DNA of 64,000 bases, taken from NCBI GenBank assembly GCA_013265495.1, contig MU057701.1:248001-312000 (forward strand). Direction: 5' to 3'. The notes under the pieces were generated by a model, which was not told where the DNA came from, made no database searches, and was given only the letters and a program-made list of their open reading frames with translations. Shown here piece after piece: positions 26,703 through 39,257 of this stretch (its first letter is position 1; every line of letters begins with the position of its first letter). The DNA is from Vicugna vicugna. Lineage: Eukaryota. Both the position numbers and the translations under genes were made by a program.

Positions 26703-29065
26703 GCCGCCCTGTCCTCTCTGCGCCGGCCTCTCCCCGGATTGGCTGTTTGTATCCTGCAGGGGGGGCCGACCCTTAAGACGGACGGACTGAAGCCAAACCC
26801 CACCCTCCCCAGTCTCCAGAATGCATCGCGGGCTGGCTTGGAGCGAAGCCCCCCCCTCCCCGGAGACGGGAATTGGAAGCGAGAAGGCTAACTTTATCCC
26901 CCAAAAGGGTGTTGGGATGCCCCACGGTTCTGAAATCTCCCAGGAGGCCCCAGAGCTCTCCTGAGGCTGTGCAGCCTTGAGCAACCTGGTAAAGCAAAAT
27001 CGAGCCATTATTTCCTCTTGGAAGCAAATCTTGGCGGAAGAACAGACTTTCCGGGTTTTCCCTCCCAGCCTGGGCGCTGGGCCACGGGGAGGGCCTCGCG
27101 GGGCACAAGGGGGCCTCTGAATGCTGGATGGTTGCTTTTGAACTTGAAGTTCCTGTGTCTGTGAGCTGGAGGCGAGGATGCTGAAGCTTGCCCCCTTCCT
27201 CTTCTGTCTGTCTGTCCCTCTTTCTCGGGCAGTGGCCTATTGTCGAAATAACAGTGATCCTGTGGCCAACTGGTGCTTTGGCCTTTGTGCTGTCCTGGGC
27301 CGGCTTCCCTCAACCTGAGGACACCGAGGCCCATGGAGGACTCAGCAAAGGGGGAGGCCTTCGCTGGCCTGGGCGTGAGGTAAAGGCCAGAATCTGTCTT
27401 TGGCTTTCCTCTCTGCTCCTGGAAGTTTCTGCCTCACATAGAAAGGGCAGAACACACTGACTGTACTTGAGCGTCTGGAAGATTCCACCGGTCAGAGGAA
27501 AGGTGGCCAAGTGGCCTCTTGCTGTATCCTCCCCACCCCTGCCCACTGGCCTGAGGAGTGGCTCTGCCCCTCATGGTGGTGGTAGGGGGCTGTGGAGACA
27601 GACCCTCTCCCCTCCCCATGGTGTTTGGGAACAGAACCCATGGCCTATTGAACGGCAACCAAAAAGAATCAGAACAAACATCCATTTCCTGGGTGGTTAC
27701 TAATCCCGACTTACTGCAAATACCAGGAGAGCAAGTTACATTCATCCCCTCTTAAAAAGCAGCAGCAGCACCTGCCCCAAATCCTATGAGTGTGATTTAT
27801 TCCGCCACCACCTGAAAGGGCTCAGCGAGGACGCTTGAATGCAAGGCCGACCTGACGTCCCAGCACGTGGGAAGCCAGGCGGCAGGTCCCACGTTTGACG
27901 TTTTCCCAACCGTTTCTCCCCCTCCGGAAGCAAGCAGAGAACGTGGAAGCATGTCCGGGTTCAAAAGGAAAGCATCCTTTTTGAACATGGAGCTGACCTT
28001 CTTTTATATAAAACACGTGCTTTCTAAAGACAAACCCTTTCTTACTTTTTGAGACTTGGTAATCATCCTCGAGCAGTTGTCTGTGATCCCGGTAGCTGTC
28101 GTACTTAGAAGTGACAAGCAAATTCTTACCTCAGCCATCTGTTCCCGGACCCCCCTGGGTGGACTCGGCCCCTAGGAGTTCAGATCCAGGTCATGGTCAT
28201 CGCCATCCTCCTCTGCCCCACTGAGGGTATCTCCACATGTCCCGCCCCCAACGGACTGCGTGCCGGGGGCCCCTCTGCACTTGCTCGAAACCCCTCCCTC
28301 CCGTTGAGGTTGGCTTTGTGTGGTTTGTTCAAGCATGTACAGCAGTGAATGCTGGAGTGTCAGGGCTCGTGGCCCGCCCCTGCTGTGGGCCCACCCCGTC
28401 CCGCCCCCACCTGTCCACCCTCAACCTCTCCATGCCATGACACCATCTCACTGGGCTAGAAGGATGGGGGCGACATCTGGGGACACATCCCCCAGCCAGG
28501 CCCCGAGACTCTGCCTCTGTCACTTCCAAAAACAGGCAGCCTCATCCTTTCTTCTGCGTCAGCCACCTTCCCACCTGCTGCCCCGGAAATTTCTATCATT
28601 TCCTGGAGAAAGCTGTGTTCCAATGAATCCTACCTCTTGCCCAGTCCCAGGCAGAGAACGCGGGGCCCACTCTAGGGACCAAGAAAGTAGAAGGAAGTGA
28701 CAAGGAGGGACAGAAGAGCAGGGAGCAGAACAACCTCAGACCCTCTGGTCTTCACAGCCTTTCTCCCCACCGCCGCCCCGGGCTCTGGTCCACCCCCTCC
28801 CCTCGGGCATCCCGGGCATCTCGGAGGGGCCTCCCTGGGGAAGGGAGTGGAGCTAGCTCCCCCGCCCTTCACTCAGAGACTCTGTGCCCACGGCGGGAGG
28901 CGGTGGTCTGAGCCTCCTTCCTCACACTCCCCCCACCCCTACCCTCTCCATCCAGCCCCTGTGTGTTTCACCAGTTAAGCACCTGTGAATTCTGTACCTA
29001 CTACTGGTTTTGGGTTGTTAGTTCTGTCTTTTTTTTAATTAAATAAAAACATTTTTAAAATGTTC
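26703..29065 (+). other. CACNG4: CACNG4 3' UTR (end approximate)
   Basis: Sequence with no recognised interspersed repeats, running from the stop codon to a U-rich tract and poly(A) hexamers at 29038-29047. Confidence 0.75.
29038..29047 (+). terminator. CACNG4 polyadenylation signal (overlapping ATTAAA and AATAAA)
   Basis: ATTAAA at 29038-29043 overlaps AATAAA at 29042-29047, with a U-rich upstream tract and a U/GU-rich downstream tract. Confidence 0.75.
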
Positions 29066-30551
29066 TCTTCTTGATGTAGGGGGAGGGGGAGATCGCCCTT
29101 CAAGTCTTTGTGGGCACATAGTGTCCCTGGGAACGGGGAGAAGCTGAGGACCCTCCAGGAGAAGAGGAAGGGAGGGCGGATTCTGTGCTGAGCAAGGCCG
29201 GTTTCTCTGGCTTTTGTCCGGGTCACTGGCCACCCGCCCAGCACCACCAGCTGGGTTTAGACTTCTGGGTGGTGCTGTGGAGATGCCTTTTCCCAGATGA
29301 GCCAGAGGGACAGGCCACCTCCAGCGTGGTGGGGGCATCTGGACAGCTGAGCCTGCCAGGCCTGTCTTCAGAACCTGCAGGGCGGGACCAGCCCGACAGA
29401 GCCTCAGCCTCAGGGTCCCTAATCTGCCTGGTGGGGTTCCTAAGAAATTCAATAACCAGCCTCCTTTCCCCTCCAAATCCTGAGGTGACTGAGAAACAGA
29501 GGGAGGAGCCCCGTACCAAAATGTGAGCTTTATGCCTGGAGGAGCTGGATGGAAAATATGGCTCTAACCAGAGGCCAAACGAGACTGAGCCATCCAATCC
29601 CGGGCAGTGCAGCTGGCCGTCTCCAAGGGATGGAGAGAGGGACCATGAGTGACCCTTCTGATCGACATACAGCACAGGCCCCCACCAGTCACACTATAAC
29701 CCGCCAGCTTCACCCTTGCAGGTGGGCACTGGCTGGATGTCAGCCCTCCCCTCTTGGGAGGCACTGAGGAGAGATGCCAGTGCCCTCCAGTCCTACTCGA
29801 GCTGCAGACCCGGGCACTTTCACATCCAGTTTCACATTCCCTTCTCTTTAAGGACTAAGACAGTGAGTTTTCTTCCTGAGAGCCCCGGTCTTCTCTGACC
29901 CTGTTGGAGTCAAGATGCACCAAACTCTTGAGCCTCCTTCAAGAGCACTTTGGTGTCACGAAGGCCTTTCCCACCCTGGTCCCAGCTAAGTACTTTGAGC
30001 AGGGAGGCTGAAGACCCAGTGTCTCCATAAGCCCACCCTCGTGGCTGCAGGGACCACTCTGGCTTGTCCGAACTTTCAGCCCTGGCTTTCTAACCCTCTT
30101 TCCTCCTGCCTGAGATGGGCACTAGGGAAAACTGATGCTTCCAGATGGGCTGGGCCACGAGGCCCAGGGCCCAGGGGAGCTCGGGTCCCATCCCACCAAC
30201 TGACCCCTGCCGAGCTCCGGGCTCAGGGCTCGTCCAGCCTGGAGCCAGCCCTGCCCGTCGTTGGCACCATGCGCCGGAACTTCTGTTTATTCTTAGCTCC
30301 GAGGAAACTCTGGCTCAGCACAAGCTCTGCAGCCGTCCTGGGCGGACTCCTGTGCAGCCTGCGTTCAGTGACACAGTGCGGCCTCTCTGTTCGATGTGGG
30401 GCTCACATGGTTGTGCATTTTGTTCAGCTAAAACTCTTGCCTCTGTAAGTTGCAAAGTTAAATCCACAAGAACTGACAAAGAAGTGGATGTTCTAGTGCC
30501 CTGATCAAAATGCAACCCAGAGTGCCTGCCAGCCCCCATTCACCCTTCACT

Positions 30552-30900
30552 TGTATTACTCAGAGTAAACTAACGACACAACCAACAGCCTGGAATGCAG
30601 ACTGGCTTAATGCAATGGAAGTTTATTCCTTATCCGTGAAGCCCGATCAGCTGGGCGGGTAGGAGGTGCTCTGTTCCACGCGGTTATTCAGAGATGCAGA
30701 GACCCACGCTTTGGAGGCTCCACAGAGAGTGTTGTAAGAGGTTTCAATGGCCTGGAAAGTTGTAACTTCCCCTTCTGCCCACATGCCGTTGGCCAGAACT
30801 CAATCACATGTTCACATCTGAGAGCTGGGAAGATGGGATGTGTAGTCTAGCCCAGGAGGAAAGGAATACAACTTGGGGGCATAGCTGGTCAGTTTCAGCT
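30552..30900 (-). mobile_element. Old MaLR LTR (MLT1K-like)
   Basis: tggcttaatgcaatggaagtttatt...cttctgcccacatgccgttggccagaactcaatcacatg. Confidence 0.6.
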
Positions 30901-31315
30901 CCTGGTCTGTGTCTTTCGGCATCTCCCTCTTTTGCCTCCCCATCCCTAATCTTTGTGGGAGTGCCTATTTGAAACTGACACCTTTGCCTGGGACTACATC
31001 AACTTCTGTGTGTCCTGAGCACCTCCTTCAGCTCCAAAGCTAAAATCTGGGCTCTTCTCTGCTCCCAATGCCCCATCTGTAAAATAGGTCCATGCTATCT
31101 TCCTTCTTCGTAGGATGGAGGAGCAGGCTTGGACTCAAACAAGAACCACAGAATCACTAGACACTATGACCAGCAGGAGAGGCTGGTACCTTAGGAATCA
31201 TCTCATTCAGTGTGCACATCACAGGAGAGGAAGCAAGCCCAAAGAAGGAGGTGAGGGGGACGTAAAGGAAGAATAAAAGGAAGGAAGGAAATATTTTTTT
31301 CGAGAATTTTTGTGA

Positions 31316-31562
31316 CAAACTCTTCAAGCGGGGGCGATTTTGCTCCCAGGAGACATTTACCAATGTCTGGAGACATTTTTGGTTGTCATTTTGGTTTGGT
31401 TGACAGCTGGGAAGGGGATGGGACTGGCATCTAGGGAGGGGAGGCCAAGGATGCTGCTGCACATCCTACAGTCCACAGGACAGCCCCTCCCTCCACCCCC
31501 AAGAATGAGCTGGTCCAAAATGTCAGCAATCCCCAGGCTGATTTTACAGTGAGGGAAACCGA
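31316..31562 (+). mobile_element. MER20 DNA transposon relic
   Basis: gggggcgattttgctcccaggagacatttaccaatgtctggagacatttttggttgtca...ggatgctgctgcacatcctacagtccacaggacagcccc. Confidence 0.85.
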
Positions 31563-33599
31563 GGCACGGGAGGGTGACGATCCCACAGCGAGTGTTTGGT
31601 ACTTGCATCTGTGGACATAATATGAAAATTCGTGTTTATCCTCAGTATTTCCTTTCCCTGCAACACACTCCGATTCCTGCCTTTCTTCTCTTCACTTTTG
31701 AGCCGACAACTTTGAAAAGAGAGGTTGGGGGTTGAAGAAGGAACTAAGAAAACTGTCACTTTTCCCTGGTGGGGGCAGTGGATACCTTTTCCCTGGGTTT
31801 GTGGACAAAAGGCTGATGGAATTGAACCAAACAGGCAGCGGTAGAAAGAGCCCAGAATCCTGGCCCAGCACGACACCAGGACTCACCGCTGGCCGTGTCC
31901 TCCGCCCACACCCGGCAGCTGCAGCGAGGAGGCCAAGAGCCAGAAAGACGGAGATTAAATCCTCCAGTCACCCAAGCTCTCTCAGAGCCCTGGTGCCCTC
32001 CCAGGTCAAATAAGGAGGGTAATGCTTCCCTCCCAGGGCTGTTGGGAGAATGAATTAAACTTTAACTTAAGCAAACATTCATAAAGGCTCCAGCTTTACA
32101 ACTGGTCTTCGTGTAAGCTTTCAGGAGTGTCTGTTGACTAAAAACACTCAGGGAATTTCCCAGAAAGAATTGTTCCTAACAGCCCTGGGAGGTGGTGCTC
32201 TCAGAGCCAGGCCGAGCGCATTGCACTTTGGTTCTAGAGAAACGTGTCATCCAGCTGACCCAAGCACCGTGTGGTGCACCCCTCTCCCCGCCCCCGAGAG
32301 AGCCCTCCCATCCCAGTGGCTTCTCTGGTTGACACCCATCCTCTTCTGCCCTCAGTGGTCCCCGGGCGGTGGAGTGGTGGCCATCAAGGCAGCCACATGG
32401 CTTCTGCTTTCTTTGCAGGCCTTGCAATCCCCCAAACCCCCTCGGGATGTTCCCAGTTCCATGCAGGTGATACAGTCAGCAAAGGGCCAGTCCCAAGCAG
32501 TCTCGGGTGCCCCGGGAGCCAGGCTGCGCGGGGAGGGGTCCTGTTCTGGGCGCCTAGCATGGAGCTGTCAAAGAGGACAGGCCTGGGGGGAGGGGAGGCT
32601 TCCCTGCAGGGAGCTCAGAACCCGCCAAGTGACTTCCTAATATAGCACCCCTGGCTGCCCAGCCCTGAGATGAGGGGCGGGGAAGGGCCGAGGGGAGGGA
32701 TAGCTGCTCAGGGACCTTAGAATCCAGAGGGGCAGAGGGGATAGGTACGCCTGATACAGGTATTTTTAAACTTGCAGCTTTCAACAAAACTGCCGGTATG
32801 ACCGCAGGAACAGAAGTCTGCGATCAAAGAAGGTTATGAACCCACCTCCTCGTGCTCACAACTGCAGGAGAGGGGGCTTGGAAGGACCTAGGTCCTGACC
32901 TTTGTCCCCTGATACGTGTTCTTGGAGATACATTAACACCTGTCGGATCTCCAGAAACCACAAATTAAACTGCCAATAGTCAGGTGCTTTTCAAAACAGA
33001 CAATACTTACGCTTTTCTCATTCTAAGAGTATTACATTTTACCTTAAAAAGAAATCTGAAAAGTACAGAAAAGTTAAAGAAAACAGTATCAGACAAAATG
33101 CCAGCACCTAAGCACAGGTGAGGTTTCAGTGTCCCCGAATGTACGTGAGGCCTGGCTTAATATCATGCCCCGTTCACTGTTTTTCATCCTGAGGCTCCTC
33201 CTATGTCTTTAAATATTCCTCGGAAACATAGCCTTTAATGATTGCATAAAACAGAGATCCCACCAGTTATCTAACTATTGCTGGATGTGGGTCTCCGGAT
33301 CTTAAACCGAGTCTGAATGGGGCCAAAGTGCTGGGATATTTGGGAGGCATCTGGTTAAGACCTGGTGACTTCCCACTGTGAACCTCGGGCCTGGCTTTAT
33401 CCTAGAGGCTGATAAAAAGATAAGGTTCCAAACCATCACTCCCACCGTCCTGGGGGAAAGCCTTCTCCGAGGGCCTGGGAGGCCATCCTGAACCCTTTCT
33501 CATCACTGTCATCTCCTGAGCATCTCCTGGCTACTCCTTCACGTCATCAGGGGCTTCATCTTTGGCGGAAAGCTCTCCCCTGTACCCCAAAGTCCTGCC

Positions 33600-34090
33600 A
33601 CCATCAAACTGAACCACATCTACATCTCTGGGGCCAACCACTCCGGCTCCTGGTCTCACAGCTCTCCTGCCTTCTCACCTTCATTGACCATCTGACCTTC
33701 TCACCTCCACCGACCTTCATCTCCATCCTGGATCTTGTCTTCACCCCTGACTGTCCCCCCAGCCCGTAATCCTCAGGGCCATCGTCCTGCCCTCTGACCA
33801 CAGCTTCCAATGCTCCCAACTCCTTCACCACCTCCCACCACTGCACCTGTTCTCCAACCTCACCAAGCCCTTCTGGGCCTTGTCCTCTCCATTTTCACAT
33901 ATTGATCCTTCCTGGCTGCAGGAAGGCCCAGACAAATGATGGCAAACCAGCATCGAAACTCACCCTTGCCACTGCCCTCGGTTCCCTTGGCCTCTTTTCC
34001 TTGGCAGAGCTCCAACCCTCTTTCGATCTTCTCCATCACTACACCTGAGCTAGAAGGTGATGCCAGAAAAAACTCAAGCAAACCATAAGT
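33600..34090 (+). mobile_element. Probable L2 internal relic
   Basis: C/T-rich degenerate sequence resembling L2 ORF2; weak by-eye call. Confidence 0.4.
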
Positions 34091-34097
34091 CAGCGCC

Positions 34098-34365
34098 TGT
34101 GGTGGGCAGAATAGCAGCCCCCAAGATGTCCAAGTCCTCATTCCTGGAACCTGTGTCTACGTCCCCTTACAGAGCAAAAGAAACTTTACAGATGGGATTA
34201 AATTAAGGATCATGGGATGGGGAGATTTTCCTGGATCATCTGGTTGGACCCAGTGTCACCACAAGGGTCCATATAAGGGAAAAAGGGAGGGAGGAGAGTC
34301 AGGGAAGGAGACGTGGAAGCAGAGGTCAGAGCGATGGGGTCACTGACTTTGAAGATGGAAGAGTT
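34098..34365 (+). mobile_element. MLT1D-like LTR, 5' half
   Basis: tgtggtgggcagaat...cccccaagatgtcc...cctggaacctgtg...gattaaattaaggatc...actttgaagatgga. Confidence 0.85.
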
Positions 34366-35216
34366 CTGGGTCCCCTGGACAGAGGTAGAAGCTCACAGGT
34401 TGGAACTGGCGACCGAAGATCCAAGCTGAAAGTGTAGAGGGGAGATGAAGGGGCAAAAATAGATTGAGACCCGTTGGTGGTATCCTGTTTTTTTCTAGTA
34501 TGTTAAGATCACACACCCAAGGCCATTTCTCAGCCGAATTAAGCCTGAGCTCAAAATTAGATCCACATATTGCCAAAGGGTTCATTCGGCCCCCACCCAG
34601 GTGTGCCCTGGCCTTGGCTCTGGGAGATGTTTTCTTTCCCCTAATTATGTCTGGTCCTTCTTGGGAAAATAGCAGTCCTTTGGGATAAATGAAAGCTGGT
34701 TCGTCTGAATGTGTGCAATACAACTCCCGATTCACTGAGTGTGGCATCTCTACTGTGAAGACCATCTATAGAAAATGCCAGGTCTTCCTTCCGACTTGAT
34801 CACAGAGGTGACGATGGTGGCCTCCTGGGGTGTCCCTCAGCACCTAGAAGCAACTTAGCCATTGGTCCAAGCTGTCCTGGGTCTGCCCTAGCTGGCATTT
34901 CTTATGTCCCTGTGGCCTTAAACCACATAGAAATGTCCTTTGGGTCATCTGGTGGAGTCAATTATTTGAGTTTCTGTCCCCTTCTTTCAGTCCATCCATC
35001 CATCCTTCCATCATTTAATAAACATTTATGAGGATCCGACCCTGGGCTTAAATCCACGGAGGTTTCTGAGGGGACCCAGAATGAGTACATAATACAGTCT
35101 TATACAGTCTCACCGTCTCTGCCCTCCAGAGGTTTACAGCCCATCAGAGACAGCTGATCCACCTGCAGTCTATAAGTAACCGTGATAGTGACAGCCCCCC
35201 TGGACGGACTGCTTCC

Positions 35217-35525
35217 TGTATTAGTCAACCCGGGCTGCCATCGCAGAAGACCATAGACAGGGTGGCATAAACCACAAAAATGTATCTTTTCACAGTTCTG
35301 GAGGTTGGATGTCCTAGAGCAGGGTGGGTTCTGGTAAGAGCCTTCTTTCTGGCTTTTTTCTTTTTTGCCTTCTCACTGAGTCCTCATGTGGCAAAGAGCG
35401 AGCAAGCTCCCTGGTGTCTCGCCCCACCCTCTTGACCTCATCTAAACCTCATTACCTCCCGAGGCCTCAGCTGAAAATGCCATCACGTTGGGCCATTTAG
35501 GGGCGATCTAACTCAGCCCACAGCA
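35217..35525 (-). mobile_element. MLT1A-like solo LTR
   Basis: tgtattagtc...gggctgccat...ccatagacagggtggc...tcacagttctggagg...cagcccacagca. Confidence 0.8.
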
Positions 35526-36773
35526 CTCAGCACAGGCTGAGCTGGTCAAGCAGACTCCCTGGAATCCTAGAGGGAAGAGGGGTTGATGGCTTGCTGGAAG
35601 CCACGCAGCTGGAGGCCAGCAGAGCAGCGATCTGACCCTGGGGCAGATCCGGGCCCCACTCCCTAAGATGCCTGCCTCCCTGACTCCCCAGGGAAAGGGG
35701 AGGACTGTGTGGAGGGTGCTGGCGTCACCCAGTCCAGGCTCCCAGCCTCCCCAGAGCCCCCTTCCTGGCCAGCAAGGCCCTGGGGAGCAGAGCAGACAGC
35801 CCCACAGTGGCCTTGAGGAGCAGAGACAGTCTGTTAGAAGGAGCTTCCAGTAAGCCGAGCAGAGAGAGCAGACTCGCCTGCAATTCCTGGTGCTGCCGAC
35901 CTCATGCTAGATTTACACAAAGTCTGCTTCAAAAGGAAGCGGCCATCAATCTTTCATGCTTCTGCTGGCAGGGTCGGAGGACTCAGGACCCCCGCGTGGC
36001 ACAGGCCCGCCCCCCACGGAGGGAAGGCGCAGTCGGCTCCTCTGATGGGCCTGTGTTGTGGCGGCCGCTGAGGCTGAGCACAACACGCGGGCCAGGCTCC
36101 CCCACCCCTGTGGGACACTCTCAGAGGCCCTCAGGGGCTCCTGGGACAGGACGGGCCAAGAGGCCCACCCCTACCCATCACACCAGGAAATTCATTTTTA
36201 GTTCTTCAAGTGACACCACGTTTACCTGTAGTGCTAAACTTAAAATCGCTTCTTTCCAGATATTCTGTCATAAAACACAAGAATCTTCTTTTTGCTCCCC
36301 AGATGCTGCCTGGCACACGGTGGGTCTGCCTCAGGCTACCCGGTGCCCCCTGAGACCTCCAGCTGCCTGGCCCCTGAAGCTGGGCTCACACGGGTGATGG
36401 GAGGGGGCTGAGGCCACGTGTCATGTCCCAGCTTCTGAGAGTCCCTGATGGGGAAGGCCCACCTGCCTGGAGACAGAGTCACTCTCTGAGCTGAAGCAGG
36501 GTGGTGACAGGCATCAGCAAGTCACTGGGTAGTGACAGGTTGGGGAGGGGGTGCGGGGAAGGAGAGGAGGGGGCAGAGATGAGGAAGGTGCAGAGAGAAG
36601 CTGTGGGGAGGTGCTATCTGGGTGCGGAGGCTTGTACCGGGGAAGTTCAGCTGTAACTGCTCTCAGGCCAGCCTGGGGCCGGAGTCGCGAGGTCTCAGCC
36701 CTGGGGCTTGTTCACCGGGTGGTCCTGGCTTATGCCGTCCTCTCTCTAGGCTGCAGGGTCCCTTCATCAGTCA

Positions 36774-37449
36774 TGACGGGTTTCAGGACATGCTGCCTCA
36801 AAATACTGTGTATTTTCCTTGGTGTGTTGCATACGTTCAGCTGAAGGAATTTGAGGAACGGCAGGTGCAGGAAGGACTCTCTGACCCGCCCCTGAACCAG
36901 GTCATAAGACTCTCACGAGAGAGGTGCCCTCCTTGTACCTGGAAGAAAGCAGCAACCGTTTCACAAATGCAGAGGAATCTGAATGAACAGACCTTCTTTT
37001 CCCCCCAGTTTCCTGCCCTCAGCTCAGATCCTTTTGTCCTATTGTATTTTTCCACTCTCCATCACACCTCGTATTAAAGCGTTCTGCCTTAGATCATTAA
37101 CTGTTTATCCCTGGATGAGGCGGGGGTGGGGGAGGTTACAGAGAAGGCATACAGAAAGAGTAAGTGTCACTTTTCTCCTCCATATGCAAGAATGTGGTTG
37201 CATTTTTATAATGAATATGTTTTCTTGTCGGGGAAAAAAATTAAGTTAATACAATAAATATGCTGCTCAGAAAAAAAGACACAGGTTTAACTGTTTCTTT
37301 AGGTCTTCATTTTTCATGAAGTCTCCTATGCCACATAAAACTTATATTAATTTGTATGCTTGTCTCTTGTTAATTTGTCTTTAGAAAAGATGGACCTGAG
37401 CCTAGAACTTAAAAGTGGTGGAAGACAAAGACATTTTCCCTCTCCTACT
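36774..37449 (+). mobile_element. ERV1-class solo LTR (MER34/MER39-like) with 4-bp TSD
   Basis: GTCA at 36770-36773 and 37450-37453; cagctgaaggaatttgagg...gcaggaaggactctctgacc and cataaaacttatattaatttgtatgct. Confidence 0.8.
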
Positions 37450-37479
37450 GTCACAATAGATCTTGAACCACTGGTTACG

Positions 37480-37700
37480 AAGTTTGGGCTCTGGGTTCTG
37501 AAACCTGGTTTCACCATTTACCTGCTGGGTGACCTCGGACAAGCTCCTTCATGTCTCTGAGCCTCTGTGTCTTTATCTGTAAAATGGGAGTAATAGTTGT
37601 ACTGACCTCATGGATTGGTGTGAAGATTAGCTCCAATGATGGGGAAAGGCTCAGCAGAGTGCCTGGCAGATAGTAAGCACTCCCGGAAGTTGAGCTCTTA
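37480..37700 (+). mobile_element. MIR SINE
   Basis: gtgacctcggacaag...ctctgagcctctgtgtctttatctgtaaaatggg...cagagtgcctggcagatagtaagcactc. Confidence 0.85.
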
Positions 37701-37839
37701 CTATGGTCATTGTTATTAATTAACAGTCTGAGATTCCAAGGCTGGACCCCTGAGTGTTTCTCCCTACTCAGGCAGCCCTTCTGTAAGCCGTGTCAACCTG
37801 AAGCCAGGATTTTAAAGGCCAAAGCCCTGCCCAGCTCAG

Positions 37840-39022
37840 GGGTCTATTTCTGGCCATGCATCAGCCTCTTGGATACATCACAAAAGAGGCCCCTGGTGAA
37901 CTGAGAAAGGCAATACAGAACCTAGAGGGGTAGAGGGGTTCCCAGCCTGGAGTACTCGCCTGGGGAGTGGGGAGGGGGGCGTGCATGGGGGTAGGCAGGA
38001 CCCTCACACAGTGGTCTCAAACTCCCATATGCCTCTGCTGTATCCATGCACCCATTAACCTCTTAATAGTCACCTGTCTTAATAGTCACAGAAATCAGCC
38101 TATTTCTGCTCTTTTTTATGTAAGTATATTTCTTTTGTAAATGACAATATAATCAGAAAATCCTTATTACCTGCCATTAATAGAAGGTAAAACTAAAACG
38201 GTATAATGAGAACAGAACTACAGTCAAATCCAGCTGGAGTTTTGGTCCCTGCCAGGCTATTCTTTGATTCACAGGCATCAGAAAGGTGCTGGAGGGATGA
38301 GAAGGGAACTGAAAAGGAAATACGTTCTCATGCTGGGCACAGTGTTGGGTGATGCCAGGCCCAGGAACCACAGGAAATCTTCCTGCAGTTTGAGGGACGG
38401 GGTGGGGTTCTGGTCTAAAGCGCTTGCCTGGGCAGTCGGGTCCAGGGGCCCTGGGCGGGGCATCCCTGAGATGTCCCTTGGCAGGCTCCTGGATCCCAGA
38501 CCCCAGGGGACATTCACCCTGCCCTGGTGACCGGCCTGCCCAGTGTTAGGACAGAGGCTACGCAGCCTGCGTCCTCCCGGGTCCCTGCCCTTCCGCCCGG
38601 AGCAGGAAGATGCCTGCACACCTGGCGTCCCCGCTGCCTGCCCCTTGCCCCCTCCCAACTCGGGTACCCTGTGCTGCCGTTCCATGGACGGTCTCCAGTC
38701 TCCATCTAGAGCCTTCTCTCCTTGCCCCACCCTAGCCTATTTCTGCCTCCAGGAGGGGAAGAAAACCTGAAACCCGAGGAGACGCTGTTCTCGAGGCTTC
38801 GCCTGGAGAAGTGCATTAATAGAAGCCTCCCTCAGGCCCCTGACACGTCTGGGCAGCTGCTCAGCCCCGTCCAGTGTCCCTCAGCCCAAGGCCAGCCCAC
38901 TCTGGCGCGGCCGGGCACACTAAACTTAGCTTCCTGGCTCGATAACTACTGCTGCCACCCCAGCCCAGCCGCCACCTGCCTGGGAGGACACTGCCCCGAG
39001 CACCCACCCCTCCGTGACCACC
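37840..39022 (+). promoter_or_regulatory. Putative CACNG1 muscle promoter and 5' UTR
   Basis: Lies directly upstream of the ATG. Contains E-boxes CAGCTG (38854-38859) and CACCTG (38973-38978), MEF3/SIX-like AAAACCTGA/GAAACCCGA (38762-38777) and three CTATTTCTG MEF2-like motifs. Motif evidence only. Confidence 0.55.
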
Positions 39023-39257
39023 ATGTCCCAGACCAAAGCACTGAAGGTCCGTGTGACCCTCTTCTGCATCCTGGTGGGTATTGCACTGGCCTTGGTGGCC
39101 GTGGTGACCGACCACTGGGCCGTGCTGAGCCCCCACGTGGAGCACCTCAATGCCACCTGCGAGGCGGCCCACTTTGGCCTCTGGCGGATTTGCACCAAGC
39201 GGATCTTCGTCGGCCACAGCAAGGACAAGAGCTGCGGACCCATCACCCTGCCTGGGG
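39023..39257 (+). CDS. CACNG1: CACNG1 (Cav1.1 gamma-1 subunit) coding exon 1
   Basis: Kozak-like ACCACCATG. Translates MSQTKALKVRVTLFCILVGIALALVAVVTDHWAVLSPHVEHLNATCEAAHFGLWRICTKRIFVGHSKDKSCGPITLPG, with the claudin-family GLW..C motif; GTAACG donor at 39258. Confidence 0.97.

Noticed and set aside
32630..32775. CArG/MEF2/SIX-like motifs as a muscle enhancer
   Set aside because: Each motif has mismatches to consensus; not supportable from sequence alone.
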